Shown: positions 38,077 to 47,840, counted from the first letter of the stretch. The stretch: 64,000 nucleotides of DNA from an uncultured Ignavibacteriales bacterium (GCA_964464605.1 CAYXJN010000007.1:124001-188000), one strand, 5' to 3'. The notes: generated by a model not told the origin, from the sequence alone. Program-made: numbers and translations.

Positions 38077-38930
38077 TTGAGTAATCTCCGTACGCCTAAT
38101 TGACCGCTTATACCGCCGATAGCGGCCGAAAGCAGACAGAACCAGACGATCTCTCTAAAAACCGGAAACACCGGCTGCAGTTCCGCAATACGGATACTCT
38201 GCTGGAAATACCAAAGCGCGACCCATCCCATCACAGCCGCGATACCGCCAATCAAGAAACCCTCGAATATATAGGGAGATGATAACAGCATTTTTCCGGC
38301 GCCTAACAATCGCGCCTGACGAATCCCCACCGCGCTGGTGCGTGACATGAGCCGGATATTGTTCGCCAGATTCAAGAGTGCCGCCACGGCTATCAGCACA
38401 CCGATAATAACCCCAATCCGATGCACCTGTGAGCGGGTCGATTCGGTATTGGCCAGCCAGTCACGGCTATAATTCACCTGTTGTATTGCGGGATTTGTAC
38501 GCAGTCGCGTTTCGATTTCTTCGAAAGCGGCGCTGTTGATTGAATCGGTTCGAAAAGTCAAAACGAATGAGCGTGGTAACGGATTGGCAACCGTGCTGTC
38601 GCTTAATAAATCGACGCCGGTAAGGCGAATCAGCTCTTCCCGCGCATTCTGTCGTGAGACATACGTAACGGTTTCCACACCGGGAATATCTGAAAGCTGT
38701 GAATTGAGATGATCTATCTCCGCGTCGGCCAGACTGTCGGCAACGAAAACCTCCATTTGCAATTCAGTGACCAAATCAACATAGACAGCATCAACGGTTC
38801 GCGCGCTTATCCAAAACAGATCCAACAACAACAACAAAAGCGCCAAAGCGACAATGGCACCCAACGTTGAAATCGGGCGATACCAAAAATTCCGGAATGC
38901 TTCAACGAAAGTGTAGTGCAGAAACGTCAT
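38070..38930 (-). CDS. ftsX: Cell division permease FtsX
   Basis: Four TM segments, YVSR..A, NPLP, NNIRL, LLGA, PYIFEG. ATG at 38930. Confidence 0.9.
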   Translation of the reverse strand: MTFLHYTFVEAFRNFWYRPISTLGAIVALALLLLLLDLFWISARTVDAVYVDLVTELQMEVFVADSLADAEIDHLNSQLSDIPGVETVTYVSRQNAREELIRLTGVDLLSDSTVANPLPRSFVLTFRTDSINSAAFEEIETRLRTNPAIQQVNYSRDWLANTESTRSQVHRIGVIIGVLIAVAALLNLANNIRLMSRTSAVGIRQARLLGAGKMLLSSPYIFEGFLIGGIAAVMGWVALWYFQQSIRIAELQPVFPVFREIVWFCLLSAAIGGISGQLGVRRLLKW

Positions 38931-39595
38931 ATTCGCAGTTCCCCATCCCGAAAATGATACTGGTCGCAATTCGGTAAAAACTGCGGCAGCGGCGTTGACG
39001 TCAGCACTAACAACGAACGGCCCGATAACGAAACATGTTCAAGATGTTCCATCACCCGTGTGTATGTCGTTTGATCAAGTCCGGCGAACGGTTCATCGAT
39101 AATCAACAGCGGCTGATTGGCTATCGAACCGCGGGCGATCTGCACGAGGATGTTTTGCACGCGGGTCAGTGTTCGCGGGTACATAGCCGCATATTTCAAT
39201 AGTGAAAAATCAGCGAGGGATTTGACGACGCGTTCTTTGCGCTGTTTTTGCGGAACATTATCGATAATAAGCGGGAATTCGATATTCTGGGCGATGGTCA
39301 GATTCGGCATCAATTCAAAAATCCCGCCAACACCGCCGATTTTGCGGCGGATGCGCCGGACCACGCTGTTTCGTCCTTTGCGCACCATTTCGCCGAATAC
39401 TTCAACCGTCCCTGTAACCGGCGCCCGGCCACCGACTAAAAGCTGGACCAAAACGGTCTTCCCGCTGCCTGCCCCGCCCAAAAGAACGGCGGACCGTCCG
39501 GCTAAAAGGCGAAAGCTGAGATTGCGGAATAACTGCTCCCCGCTGTCGGTGTCGACATTGATATTGGTCAGTTCTAAAAGGACTTTTTCTTCCAC
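38927..39595 (-). CDS. ftsE: FtsE-like ABC ATPase with degenerate catalytic motifs
   Basis: Walker A GGAGSGKT, IRRKIG, LTIAQNI, Walker B/D-loop IIDEPFAGLD; overlaps ftsX; likely GTG start at 39595. Confidence 0.8.
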   Translation of the reverse strand: MEEKVLLELTNINVDTDSGEQLFRNLSFRLLAGRSAVLLGGAGSGKTVLVQLLVGGRAPVTGTVEVFGEMVRKGRNSVVRRIRRKIGGVGGIFELMPNLTIAQNIEFPLIIDNVPQKQRKERVVKSLADFSLLKYAAMYPRTLTRVQNILVQIARGSIANQPLLIIDEPFAGLDQTTYTRVMEHLEHVSLSGRSLLVLTSTPLPQFLPNCDQYHFRDGELRI

Positions 39596-39698
39596 AATCC
39601 GCTCGTTTTTGACGTTCAAATCAGTGCTTTTTCCGGTGCAACAAATTGCCGATATTGATTGTACAATCCGAACAGATAAACGACAAGTTAAAGAGCAT

Positions 39699-40631
39699 AT
39701 GAAGAATTTGACCCCGTACCTGTTTGCCCTGCTTTTACTTCCGATAACCGCCGGCGCCCAAGGCTGGACCAATGTTAATGTTCCTCTTACCGACCCGATT
39801 ACAGGCATCTCCTTTTCTTCGCGCGATACCGGATTTATTATCACCGGAACCGGCAAAGTAGCCGGAACGACCGACGGGGCAAGAACCTGGAGTGTCGCCA
39901 GCATTGCCAAAAATGTCGTGCTTGAAGATGTCTACTTTGTAAATGGGAAACGAGGTTTTATTTGTGCCCGGCAAGGGCTGATTTTTCGTACGGTTGACGG
40001 CGGGCTTTCATGGACAAAATGGTTCTCAGGCGATACCAGCCATTTCTTCGGCAGTATCGATATGAAAGACTCACTTACCGGCTACGTTATCGGGCTGCAT
40101 CGTATTCCTGAAAATCCGATGACCTCAGTTGCCTTTCGTACTACCGACGGCGGCAAAACCTGGCAGCCTTCCACGACCAAAGGGATGGGGTACGCGCAGC
40201 TGGCTAAAGCATACGGAAAACTCTATCTGCTTTCTTTTGGCACGTTGCACTATTCAAGTGATTTCGGGAAAACATGGAGCTCGCGCACTACCACAAACGG
40301 CAGCACCGGGCGAGCGCTTGCACTCAACGGAAAAACGGGAATTATCGCCGGTATGGGCGGGATGCGCTCTTATTCAGCCGATAGTGGAAAAACATGGCTA
40401 TTGGCTTCAGCAGATTCCGGAACTGTGTACATCGCGGCGGAACTATTGAACGAGCAAACCGGCTACATCGGCGGCACCCCTTCCGCATTATACGTTACCA
40501 ATGATGGCGGCAGAACATGGGGGCGGGAACTTCCTGCCCGACAGTTTGATATTCTTGATTTTTGCCTGATCGATGACCGTCTGTATGCCGTCGGTGCAAA
40601 CGGCGGGATTATTTATAAAAAGGTGAAATAG
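39699..40631 (+). CDS. YCF48/BNR-repeat secreted beta-propeller protein
   Basis: Signal peptide MKNLTPYLFALLLLPITAGA; repeated T/SxDGGxTW Asp-boxes. Confidence 0.85.
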   Translation: MKNLTPYLFALLLLPITAGAQGWTNVNVPLTDPITGISFSSRDTGFIITGTGKVAGTTDGARTWSVASIAKNVVLEDVYFVNGKRGFICARQGLIFRTVDGGLSWTKWFSGDTSHFFGSIDMKDSLTGYVIGLHRIPENPMTSVAFRTTDGGKTWQPSTTKGMGYAQLAKAYGKLYLLSFGTLHYSSDFGKTWSSRTTTNGSTGRALALNGKTGIIAGMGGMRSYSADSGKTWLLASADSGTVYIAAELLNEQTGYIGGTPSALYVTNDGGRTWGRELPARQFDILDFCLIDDRLYAVGANGGIIYKKVK

Positions 40632-40843
40632 TTCACCCAGCGGCTCCTTGCTCAAAACATAGTTCTTCATTCAATCGGTCAGATCACAGTATTGCCAAAT
40701 CCTGTCACATTATTTTCAACCAACGGCAGTCTAATCAAAAAATAACTTGTATAAGCAAATGGACATGTTTTATAGTTCCCCCGTCGATTGAGGTTATGAC
40801 ACATTTAAAGGTGAGGGCGGGGGGACCGTTCTCAGGGAGGCTT

Positions 40844-41935
40844 ATGACCAATTCTCAATCCAGACTACAAAAACTCTATTGTTGGACGCTAATGGCATTC
40901 TTGCTATTCGCAGGTACAGTAGAGGCAACACAATTCAAAATCACGAAGGTAATTGAGCTTGTTTCAGGAGCCAGCACCTCTCCAGTAGGTAGTACACTTA
41001 AATGGGCTGAAGACGGTTCCAAGGTTGCTTATTGGAATGGTGGCACATTAATGCTATGTGACACCCTTGGACAACTCGATTCAATTTACACATTAACCGA
41101 TTCACCATCGCAATGGGAATGGCTCTCTCCTCGTGAGATAATCGTCCATACATATTCATACCAACGACTCAGTCAAGATCACCGCTTAGTCAAAATTGAT
41201 ATAGAAGAACAGACCGCAATAGAATTGCGCAAATATCACTGGAAAGCCTTACTAAAGGGAGTCGATACCTTATTAGTTAAGCAGTCTCCTGATAAGGACC
41301 CAAGAATCTTTAAATATGATCAAGTGCCTTTCGATGGACCATTCTCTACCATTAACGACAATGTACATATTGTGAATGATCCTGACAATATCTTCAATAA
41401 ATACAAACGAGAATTAATCCAAAGCCCTTATGCCAAACATAATATCGATACTAGCAAGGCGTTTGTCAGTTTTGGAGAAGACGCAGTGTATTTCGTAAAT
41501 TTAGCCAAAACTGATTCAGTACGAGTTTCCAAGCAGCGCTATACTCCCTACATGGGAGTTTTACCTATGTTCGTTCGAAAAGATGGTCAATATCTTTCTA
41601 CACGAGGCACAATCGTTCATCTGCCCACAGATGTTTCGGTAAAACTTGATACACTTATTACTACACTTCCTCTTCGCACCACAGGCTGTGATTATCATTC
41701 TGAAGGATTCAATCCGATTTTTAATGAAGTCCTTCTTACAAGGCAATGTGACGATGGCATAAGTTATGCAGTTGCAAGTATTGTAATTTTTAACCTTGAG
41801 ACCAATACATATCAAGAACTGACAGAAATACCTGGGGCATTTGCAGTTGGGGGACGACGATTCGCACCCGATGGATTAAAGATCAGCTATGTCGCCAACG
41901 GTAAGCTATACTTAATCCTGAGGGAAGCATTATGA
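40844..41935 (+). CDS. Secreted hypothetical protein (WD40/TolB-like propeller features)
   Basis: SD AGGGAGG before ATG 40844; signal peptide; WAEDGSKVAY and FAPDGLKISY repeats; ATGA overlap with the next gene. Confidence 0.7.
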   Translation: MTNSQSRLQKLYCWTLMAFLLFAGTVEATQFKITKVIELVSGASTSPVGSTLKWAEDGSKVAYWNGGTLMLCDTLGQLDSIYTLTDSPSQWEWLSPREIIVHTYSYQRLSQDHRLVKIDIEEQTAIELRKYHWKALLKGVDTLLVKQSPDKDPRIFKYDQVPFDGPFSTINDNVHIVNDPDNIFNKYKRELIQSPYAKHNIDTSKAFVSFGEDAVYFVNLAKTDSVRVSKQRYTPYMGVLPMFVRKDGQYLSTRGTIVHLPTDVSVKLDTLITTLPLRTTGCDYHSEGFNPIFNEVLLTRQCDDGISYAVASIVIFNLETNTYQELTEIPGAFAVGGRRFAPDGLKISYVANGKLYLILREAL

Positions 41936-43767
41936 ATCAACTAATCAGAATAACGATCCTTATAATAACATTATATGTTGTTTCCGCCAAAAGTACTAAC
42001 TGTCAATCTGTAATATGCATCGATCCCGGTCATGGCGGTTCTCAACCGGGGGCCACGACACCTATCGACACTTTCCCTGAAATGAAAATCAACCTCAAGG
42101 TTGCACAATACCTTTTGGATTCCCTCGAAGCGTATGAATGCTGCTTAGGTGCTGAAGTTATTTTCACAAGAGATAACAATGATAGCACGTTGTCACTAAG
42201 CACACGAGCTTTCATTGCAAATTCAAATAACGCACAATTCTTTATATCAATTCATCACAACGCAACCTCCAATCCAGACGCAATCCAAGGAACTGAAACG
42301 TGGTATTGCTCGGAATTACATACGCCTAGTGCCACAATTTCCCCATACAACAATAAGCAACGCAATACGACTGATTCTCTTGCGAAGAAAATATATCTTA
42401 ATCTTAAAGATTCAACTCATGGATTCGGTTATAAGAAACGTTACTGTCAAGATAGCGATCTGACTGTTTTGCACCAAACAACAATGCCGAGCGTCTTATC
42501 GGAAGCTTCATTTGTTTCAGAAGAGCCAGACCCATTAGAAGCATGGAGGTTCATGTGAGATTGGCTGGGACATGTAGGTAAGGAAGCACACGTAATCTTC
42601 CGCGGTTGGACTAGTTTTGTTGACGGCCAAGGCATTGCCCTTATTGATTACGCCTATGAAGGTATAGGACTTAATGACCCTACTACTGTAGATGTAAATA
42701 ATTATACATGGAGTGTTCCATACGAAGGAAATTGGCTACTCAATGAGAGATTTCTTATTATAGGCAACAACTTCTCTTTATCAATTCTTGACCCGGAAAA
42801 GCGATCTTCTACAAACTATTATTACACGCTTCATCATTGGGAGCGGTTTGATTTTACCGGTGATACGGCACTTGAAGTATTCGCACCGTCACAAGGTTTA
42901 GATATTATTCAAGACTACGACCCCGATGGCTATCACTACTACATAGCTTACTTTAAAGGTGGGCCATTCGATCTATCCTTAACTGCACCGGCAATTGGTA
43001 CGACCCAAATCCTGAATGGCCCTAATTACGATATCTATTGGATTGCTCCTGCATGAGCGAGATCGACCTGTTCACTGCGAGTCGATTTTTCTTCAAACAA
43101 TGGCTCCAGCTGGTCATCGCTTACAGATACAGCAAAATACAATTATGGGTTTACTTTCGGTAATACCGGCAAATATACTTGGGATGTACCGAATATTACT
43201 GCTTCACAGTGTAAATTGCGAATTGTGGCATGGGATAAAGCTACGAATGTCGATACCTTAATTTCGCATACCTTTTCTATCGGCTCCTGCTACCTTCCCG
43301 CTACACAATTTTCCACGTTCCAGCAAATCGGGTATGAACCGTTAACAGTCAACTTTTCAGACGAATCAACCGCGCAGCCAACGGCAACAAGCTGGACGTG
43401 GGACTTTGGTGATGGCGGAACTTCAACTGCTCAGAACCCAACTCATATCTATAATAGTCACGGTTTGTTTACTGTTACGCATACCGCAACAAACTCATGT
43501 GGTACAGACAATGAAGTAAAGACAAGTTACATTCGCGTGAAGTGTTGTCGGAGTTTACGAGGAAATGTAAATTACGATCCACAAGACTTATGCACGGTAG
43601 CAGATTTGAATTACTTAGTTCAGTACCTGTTTAATAGTGGACCGATTCCTTATTGCTTAGAAGAAGCAGATATTAATGGAATAAACTCGGTAACTGTAGC
43701 TGATATAACGACATTAGTAAATTATTTATACAACGGCGGCTCAGCTCCCGCACCTTGTCCACAATAA
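41932..43767 (+). pseudogene. N-acetylmuramoyl-L-alanine amidase (Amidase_3)-Ig-like-PKD-dockerin protein with two in-frame TGA codons (pseudogene or recoded gene)
   Basis: One reading frame with TGA at 42556-42558 and 43054-43056. Amidase motifs IDPGHGG, E, SIHHNA, SVLSEASF; PKD WTWDFGDGGTSTAQNPTH; dockerin GNVN...ADLNYLVQYLF...ADING...ADITTLVNYLY. Confidence 0.75.
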
Positions 43768-43773
43768 TGTCCA

Positions 43774-43817
43774 AAATTGTAAAAAAACCCACCTTTCGGC
43801 GGGTTTTTTTACAATTT
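43774..43817. terminator. Bidirectional intrinsic terminator between the dockerin gene and rho
   Basis: Perfect 17-bp arms: AAATTGTAAAAAAACCC / GGGTTTTTTTACAATTT. Confidence 0.85.
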
Positions 43818-43826
43818 CAAACGAAA

Positions 43827-45074
43827 TTAGTCTTTCATCGAGGCCAGGAATTTCTGATTGCTCTTCGCTTTCCGCAGACGATCGAGCAAGAATTCCATCG
43901 CTTCAATCGGGTTCATTTCGGCAAGGAACTTACGCAGCACCCAGACTTTGTTGAGTACATCCGGCTGCAGCAGTAATTCTTCCTTACGGGTAGATGAACG
44001 ATTGATATCCATCGCCGGGAAAATACGACGGTCAGCCAGACGGCGATCCATCACCATTTCCATATTACCCGTACCTTTAAATTCTTCGAAAATGACTTCG
44101 TCCATACGGGAACCGGTTTCGATAAGGGCGGTGGCGATAATCGTCAGTGAACCACCCTCTTCGATGTTGCGGGCGGCGCCGAAGAACCGTTTCGGTTTAT
44201 GCAGCGCGTTCGAATCGACACCACCGGAAAGAATCTTTCCTGAGTGCGGCACGACGGCGTTATGCGCGCGGGCTAAACGGGTAATTGAATCCAACAGAAT
44301 AACTACGTCCTTACCATGTTCGACTAACCGTTTCGATTTTTCAAGCACCATGTGCGAAACCTGCACGTGCCGTTCCGCAGGCTCATCGAAGGTCGAGGAA
44401 ACGACTTCGCCCTTTACCGAACGGCGCATATCGGTCACTTCTTCCGGACGCTCATCGATCAACAGGACAATCAGCACAACTTCCGGATGATTGGCGGTGA
44501 TGCTCTGCGCGATTTTCTGCAGAATCATCGTTTTACCCGCCTTCGGCGGCGAAGTAATCAGCGCACGCTGCCCTTTACCTATCGGGCACATGAGGTCGAT
44601 AATACGCGTGGTTAACTCTTCCGGGTTCGTTTCGAGCATGAACGGTTCATTCGGATAGAGCGGGGTCAGATTGTCGAACAGCGTTTTGTGTTTAACGACA
44701 TCCGGGTTCCCGAAATTGACCGTTTCGATTTTTAACAGCGCAAAATAGCGTTCATTGTCTTTCGGGGGACGGACCTGGCCGACGATAATATCCCCGGTAC
44801 GGAGATCGAACCGTTTGATCTGGGATGGGGAAACGTAAATATCATCCTGACCGGGCAGATAGTTGTAGTCGGGAGAGCGAAGGAATCCATATCCTTCTTC
44901 CAAGATTTCCAGTACGCCTTCAGCGAGAATCACGCCGTTGGAGGAGGATTTCGCTTCCATTACTTTGTAAATCAGTTCTGACTTGCGCAAACCGGAAACA
45001 CCGGGAATGTCCAAGTCTTCTGCCATTTTCAACAATTCGGCGATTGTCTTATTTTTGAGTTCAGCAACGTCCAT
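43827..45074 (-). CDS. rho: Transcription termination factor Rho
   Basis: [44 protein letters not shown]. Confidence 0.99.
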   Translation of the reverse strand: MDVAELKNKTIAELLKMAEDLDIPGVSGLRKSELIYKVMEAKSSSNGVILAEGVLEILEEGYGFLRSPDYNYLPGQDDIYVSPSQIKRFDLRTGDIIVGQVRPPKDNERYFALLKIETVNFGNPDVVKHKTLFDNLTPLYPNEPFMLETNPEELTTRIIDLMCPIGKGQRALITSPPKAGKTMILQKIAQSITANHPEVVLIVLLIDERPEEVTDMRRSVKGEVVSSTFDEPAERHVQVSHMVLEKSKRLVEHGKDVVILLDSITRLARAHNAVVPHSGKILSGGVDSNALHKPKRFFGAARNIEEGGSLTIIATALIETGSRMDEVIFEEFKGTGNMEMVMDRRLADRRIFPAMDINRSSTRKEELLLQPDVLNKVWVLRKFLAEMNPIEAMEFLLDRLRKAKSNQKFLASMKD

Positions 45075-45092
45075 TTTCTTTACCTGTTTATG

Positions 45093-45488
45093 TTATACTT
45101 GTGGCCGGATAGCATCCTGTCCGGAGGGAAAGTCAGTCTCTTGCAGTTCTTCGCTCGGGGCATCTCCCCATAATTTTTCAAGCGAGTAGTAGCGGCGCGT
45201 CGGCTCATGAAACACATGCACGACGACATCAATATAATCGAGTAAAATCCAGTTTCCTTCTGTCCTTCCTTCCGTATGGAATGGTGAAACGCCTGTCTTC
45301 TTGAGTCCCTCTTCAATTGCGTCGGCGATTGCCCTAACATGCACATCCGCGTCGCCGGACGCAATGACGAAATAATCGCAAACTGAGGAAAGGGATTTTA
45401 ATTTCAGGATACGGACGTCGAAGCCTTTTTTGGACAGGGCAAGGCGACCAGCCGTGCGGGCAAGGGTAAGCGCTGAATGAGCTTTCAA
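45093..45488 (-). CDS. rsfS: Ribosome silencing factor
   Basis: KKG.D, DYFVIASG, WILLDY.DVVVHVF, RRYYSLEKLW. Confidence 0.97.
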   Translation of the reverse strand: MKAHSALTLARTAGRLALSKKGFDVRILKLKSLSSVCDYFVIASGDADVHVRAIADAIEEGLKKTGVSPFHTEGRTEGNWILLDYIDVVVHVFHEPTRRYYSLEKLWGDAPSEELQETDFPSGQDAIRPQV

Positions 45489-46018
45489 GAGTTTTGCTTT
45501 ATCTCCTTTGCCGGGGCTTTGCGCAATGCGCTCGCCCAGTTTTTACCGACCACTAACGTAGCCGTGACCTGATGATTATCCGATTCTATCGGTTTGACTA
45601 CGACCGCCGTTTCCGGCAGACCGAAGGTTTCTGTCAGCACTTTGCCTAACTCTTTGTTTTCTTCACGAAGAATAACAAACGATTCCGGTACATTCCGGTC
45701 GACAAGCGCCACCTGATCGACAACTTCGATAGCGACCTGCTGATCGCTGAATCCACCCCACTGACGAGCGAGCGGTTTTTCCAGTCCGCTTTGACCGCTG
45801 GCATTGCTGATTTGCAAGCGCACCGAAAATTTCGGGTGCGGGTCTTCAAGCGAAACACCGGTGTACATCCTGTAGGCATACGAACCGGTGAAAAACAGCA
45901 ATACAACTGCTCCTATTACGAGCGCAAAGTCAAACAGCCGCCCCAAACGGGCACGCAGTGTTTTTCGTTTGGATGGTTGTTCGGCTGATGGGCGTTGAGA
46001 ATACGTTGTATTAATCAT
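45485..46018 (-). CDS. Membrane protein with LytR C-terminal-like domain
   Basis: TM segment, then LQISNASGQSGL...TLVVGKNW (LytR_C pattern); upstream of rsfS. Confidence 0.7.
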   Translation of the reverse strand: MINTTYSQRPSAEQPSKRKTLRARLGRLFDFALVIGAVVLLFFTGSYAYRMYTGVSLEDPHPKFSVRLQISNASGQSGLEKPLARQWGGFSDQQVAIEVVDQVALVDRNVPESFVILREENKELGKVLTETFGLPETAVVVKPIESDNHQVTATLVVGKNWASALRKAPAKEIKQNS

Positions 46019-46070
46019 GTATTAGAGAGAAATAACCGAAAGAGATTCGGCGGCAGGAGGGAAATATAGT

Positions 46071-46550
46071 TTACCGGTAGAATGAATCCCTCCACCAGTC
46101 GTAATAGTGCATTCCATCGCTTCCCATTCCGTTTCGATACGTTTGAAAACTGAAACCCATGCGGAATTTTTCGGAAGGGTGGTAATCAAGGGTGAACCCG
46201 GGAAGTATCGCGGCATCGGCGTTATCACCGTTATACATCGCTTTGGTGTTATGCGCCAATCCGAAATTAAGCGACATCGACAACTTCGGTGAAAATTCAT
46301 ACGCAAACTGAGTGTTCAACACGCCCATCGACATGCTGTTATTGCCGCTTGAAAAGTAGGAAATCGAATAGCTGTTCGACCATTTCACTTTTGAAAGATC
46401 AATCAACCCAAACGGGCTGAGACTCGATTTCGGAGACATGTTATTCTGCGATGTCACTTGATTAACAGAAGCCAGATCGACTGATTGCGCACACAGCGAG
46501 CTTACGGCAAGTACGCTGCAGATTAAAGAAATGATGGTAATTTTCTTCAT
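46071..46550 (-). CDS. Secreted hypothetical protein (beta-strand rich)
   Basis: Signal peptide from ATG 46550; alternating aromatic/hydrophobic strands; upstream TTGACT-N16-TACATT. Confidence 0.7.
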   Translation of the reverse strand: MKKITIISLICSVLAVSSLCAQSVDLASVNQVTSQNNMSPKSSLSPFGLIDLSKVKWSNSYSISYFSSGNNSMSMGVLNTQFAYEFSPKLSMSLNFGLAHNTKAMYNGDNADAAILPGFTLDYHPSEKFRMGFSFQTYRNGMGSDGMHYYDWWRDSFYR

Positions 46551-46692
46551 TTGATCAGGCCTTCCATTACTCAGTTCAAATGTACACAATCGTTCGGGCG
46601 AGTCAACCTAAAAGCCGGGCTCTCATACTCTTAAATCGGCTGTTTGCCGTCAGAATTATAACGGAGAAACCGCCCTAAAAGTCGAAAAAAAA

Positions 46693-47436
46693 TCAGAGCC
46701 GATTTGCAAAGATTGTGGCTAATTCATCAAGCTGCTCCGGAGAGTTTACTCCCCGGACTTCGTCGGAATTCTCGGCGACCGTCACCGAAACGCGCAACCC
46801 ATTGCCATGCAGTATCTTAACAGTATCGGTTAGGTAGTATTCAGCTTGAGAATTGGTATTTTTGACGCTTTTGAGTGAAGAGAATAACGAGGCGTTGTCG
46901 AAACAGAATGTCCCCGTGTTGATTTCGGAGATTTTGAGAATCTCCGGGGAGGCATCCTTATGCTCGATAATTTCCTTCAATTCATCGTTTCCATTTCCAC
47001 GGACAATCCGCCCATAGCCGGTAGCATCACCGACAACGGCAGATAAACAGGTTGCAGAGGCTTTGGTCTGTTCATGAACGGCTAAAAGGGCACTGATAGC
47101 ATCTGCGGATAAAAACGGCACATCTCCGGCAGCTACCAACGTAATTCCTGAAAAATTCTTGAGCTGCGGTTCCGCCATCATCACGGCGTGGCCGGTACCT
47201 AATTGCTCCCGCTGCCAGGCAAACTCAACCGGATATTTCAAAAGGGCGCGTTGCACCTCTTCTCCGCCATGTCCTATAACCACGATGATTTTATCGAATT
47301 TGAGCGCGGTGAGCGTATCCAAAAGAATTTCGATCATCGGACGCCCTTTGATCGGATGCAGCACTTTCGGGAGATCGGATTTCATCCGTTTCCCTTTACC
47401 GGCGGCAAGGATAACGACAGCTTTTTGCTGGGACAT
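46693..47436 (-). CDS. Stand-alone GlmU-type uridylyltransferase domain (no acetyltransferase domain)
   Basis: ILAAGKGKRMKS.LPKVLH, EQLGTGHAV, GDVP, GYGRIVR, EINTG, EYYLTD, GVN; ends at 247 aa. Confidence 0.88.
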   Translation of the reverse strand: MSQQKAVVILAAGKGKRMKSDLPKVLHPIKGRPMIEILLDTLTALKFDKIIVVIGHGGEEVQRALLKYPVEFAWQREQLGTGHAVMMAEPQLKNFSGITLVAAGDVPFLSADAISALLAVHEQTKASATCLSAVVGDATGYGRIVRGNGNDELKEIIEHKDASPEILKISEINTGTFCFDNASLFSSLKSVKNTNSQAEYYLTDTVKILHGNGLRVSVTVAENSDEVRGVNSPEQLDELATIFANRL

Positions 47437-47459
47437 TCGTTGAGGAATCAGAGTACCGG

Positions 47460-47840
47460 TTAGTAGCGAAACGCCGGTTCGGGGGTTTCTTCAGGAATAG
47501 GGCGATTTTGCTTATCGACATGGACAATAGCCGGTTTGAAATTGACTGCTTCCCGTTTGTCGATATCGCCGTACGCGATTATGATAATCAAGTCCCCTAT
47601 CTGACCGCGACGCGCAGCCGCGCCATTGAGGGCGATAACGCCGCTTCCGGCTTCTCCCTCGATCACATAGGTTTCAAACCGTTCGCCGTTGTTGATATTG
47701 GCGATATGCACGCGCTCGTACGGCACCAGATCGGCCAGCTTGATAAGGTCCTTATCGATCGTGATAGAACCGACATAATCAAGATTCGCATCGGTGATAG
47801 TCGCGCGGTGTATTTTCGATTTGCAGACTGAAATCATCAT
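47460..47840 (-). CDS. panD: Aspartate 1-decarboxylase
   Basis: [29 protein letters not shown]. Confidence 0.98.
   Translation of the reverse strand: MMISVCKSKIHRATITDANLDYVGSITIDKDLIKLADLVPYERVHIANINNGERFETYVIEGEAGSGVIALNGAAARRGQIGDLIIIIAYGDIDKREAVNFKPAIVHVDKQNRPIPEETPEPAFRY

Noticed and set aside
39117..39910. Apparent 800-bp antisense overlap of a 504-aa plus ORF and a 327-aa minus ORF
   Set aside because: Both are upstream over-extensions. Recognisable coding starts at 39595 (ftsE) and 39699 (signal peptide), leaving an ordinary ~100-bp divergent gap.
43016..43261. 81-aa plus-strand ORF inside the islet
   Set aside because: Out-of-frame shadow; the real frame continues through the TGA at 43054.
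41932..43767. Genome-wide alternative genetic code (UGA as Gly or Trp)
   Set aside because: Many conserved core genes (murC, murG, mraY, metG, kdsB, gatC) end at TGA at the expected length, so only local recoding or pseudogenisation remains possible.
43858..44490. 210-aa plus-strand ORF antisense to rho, and similar long antisense ORFs over ftsZ, murC and wbpE
   Set aside because: Typical antisense shadows of conserved genes caused by codon bias; no domain signal.
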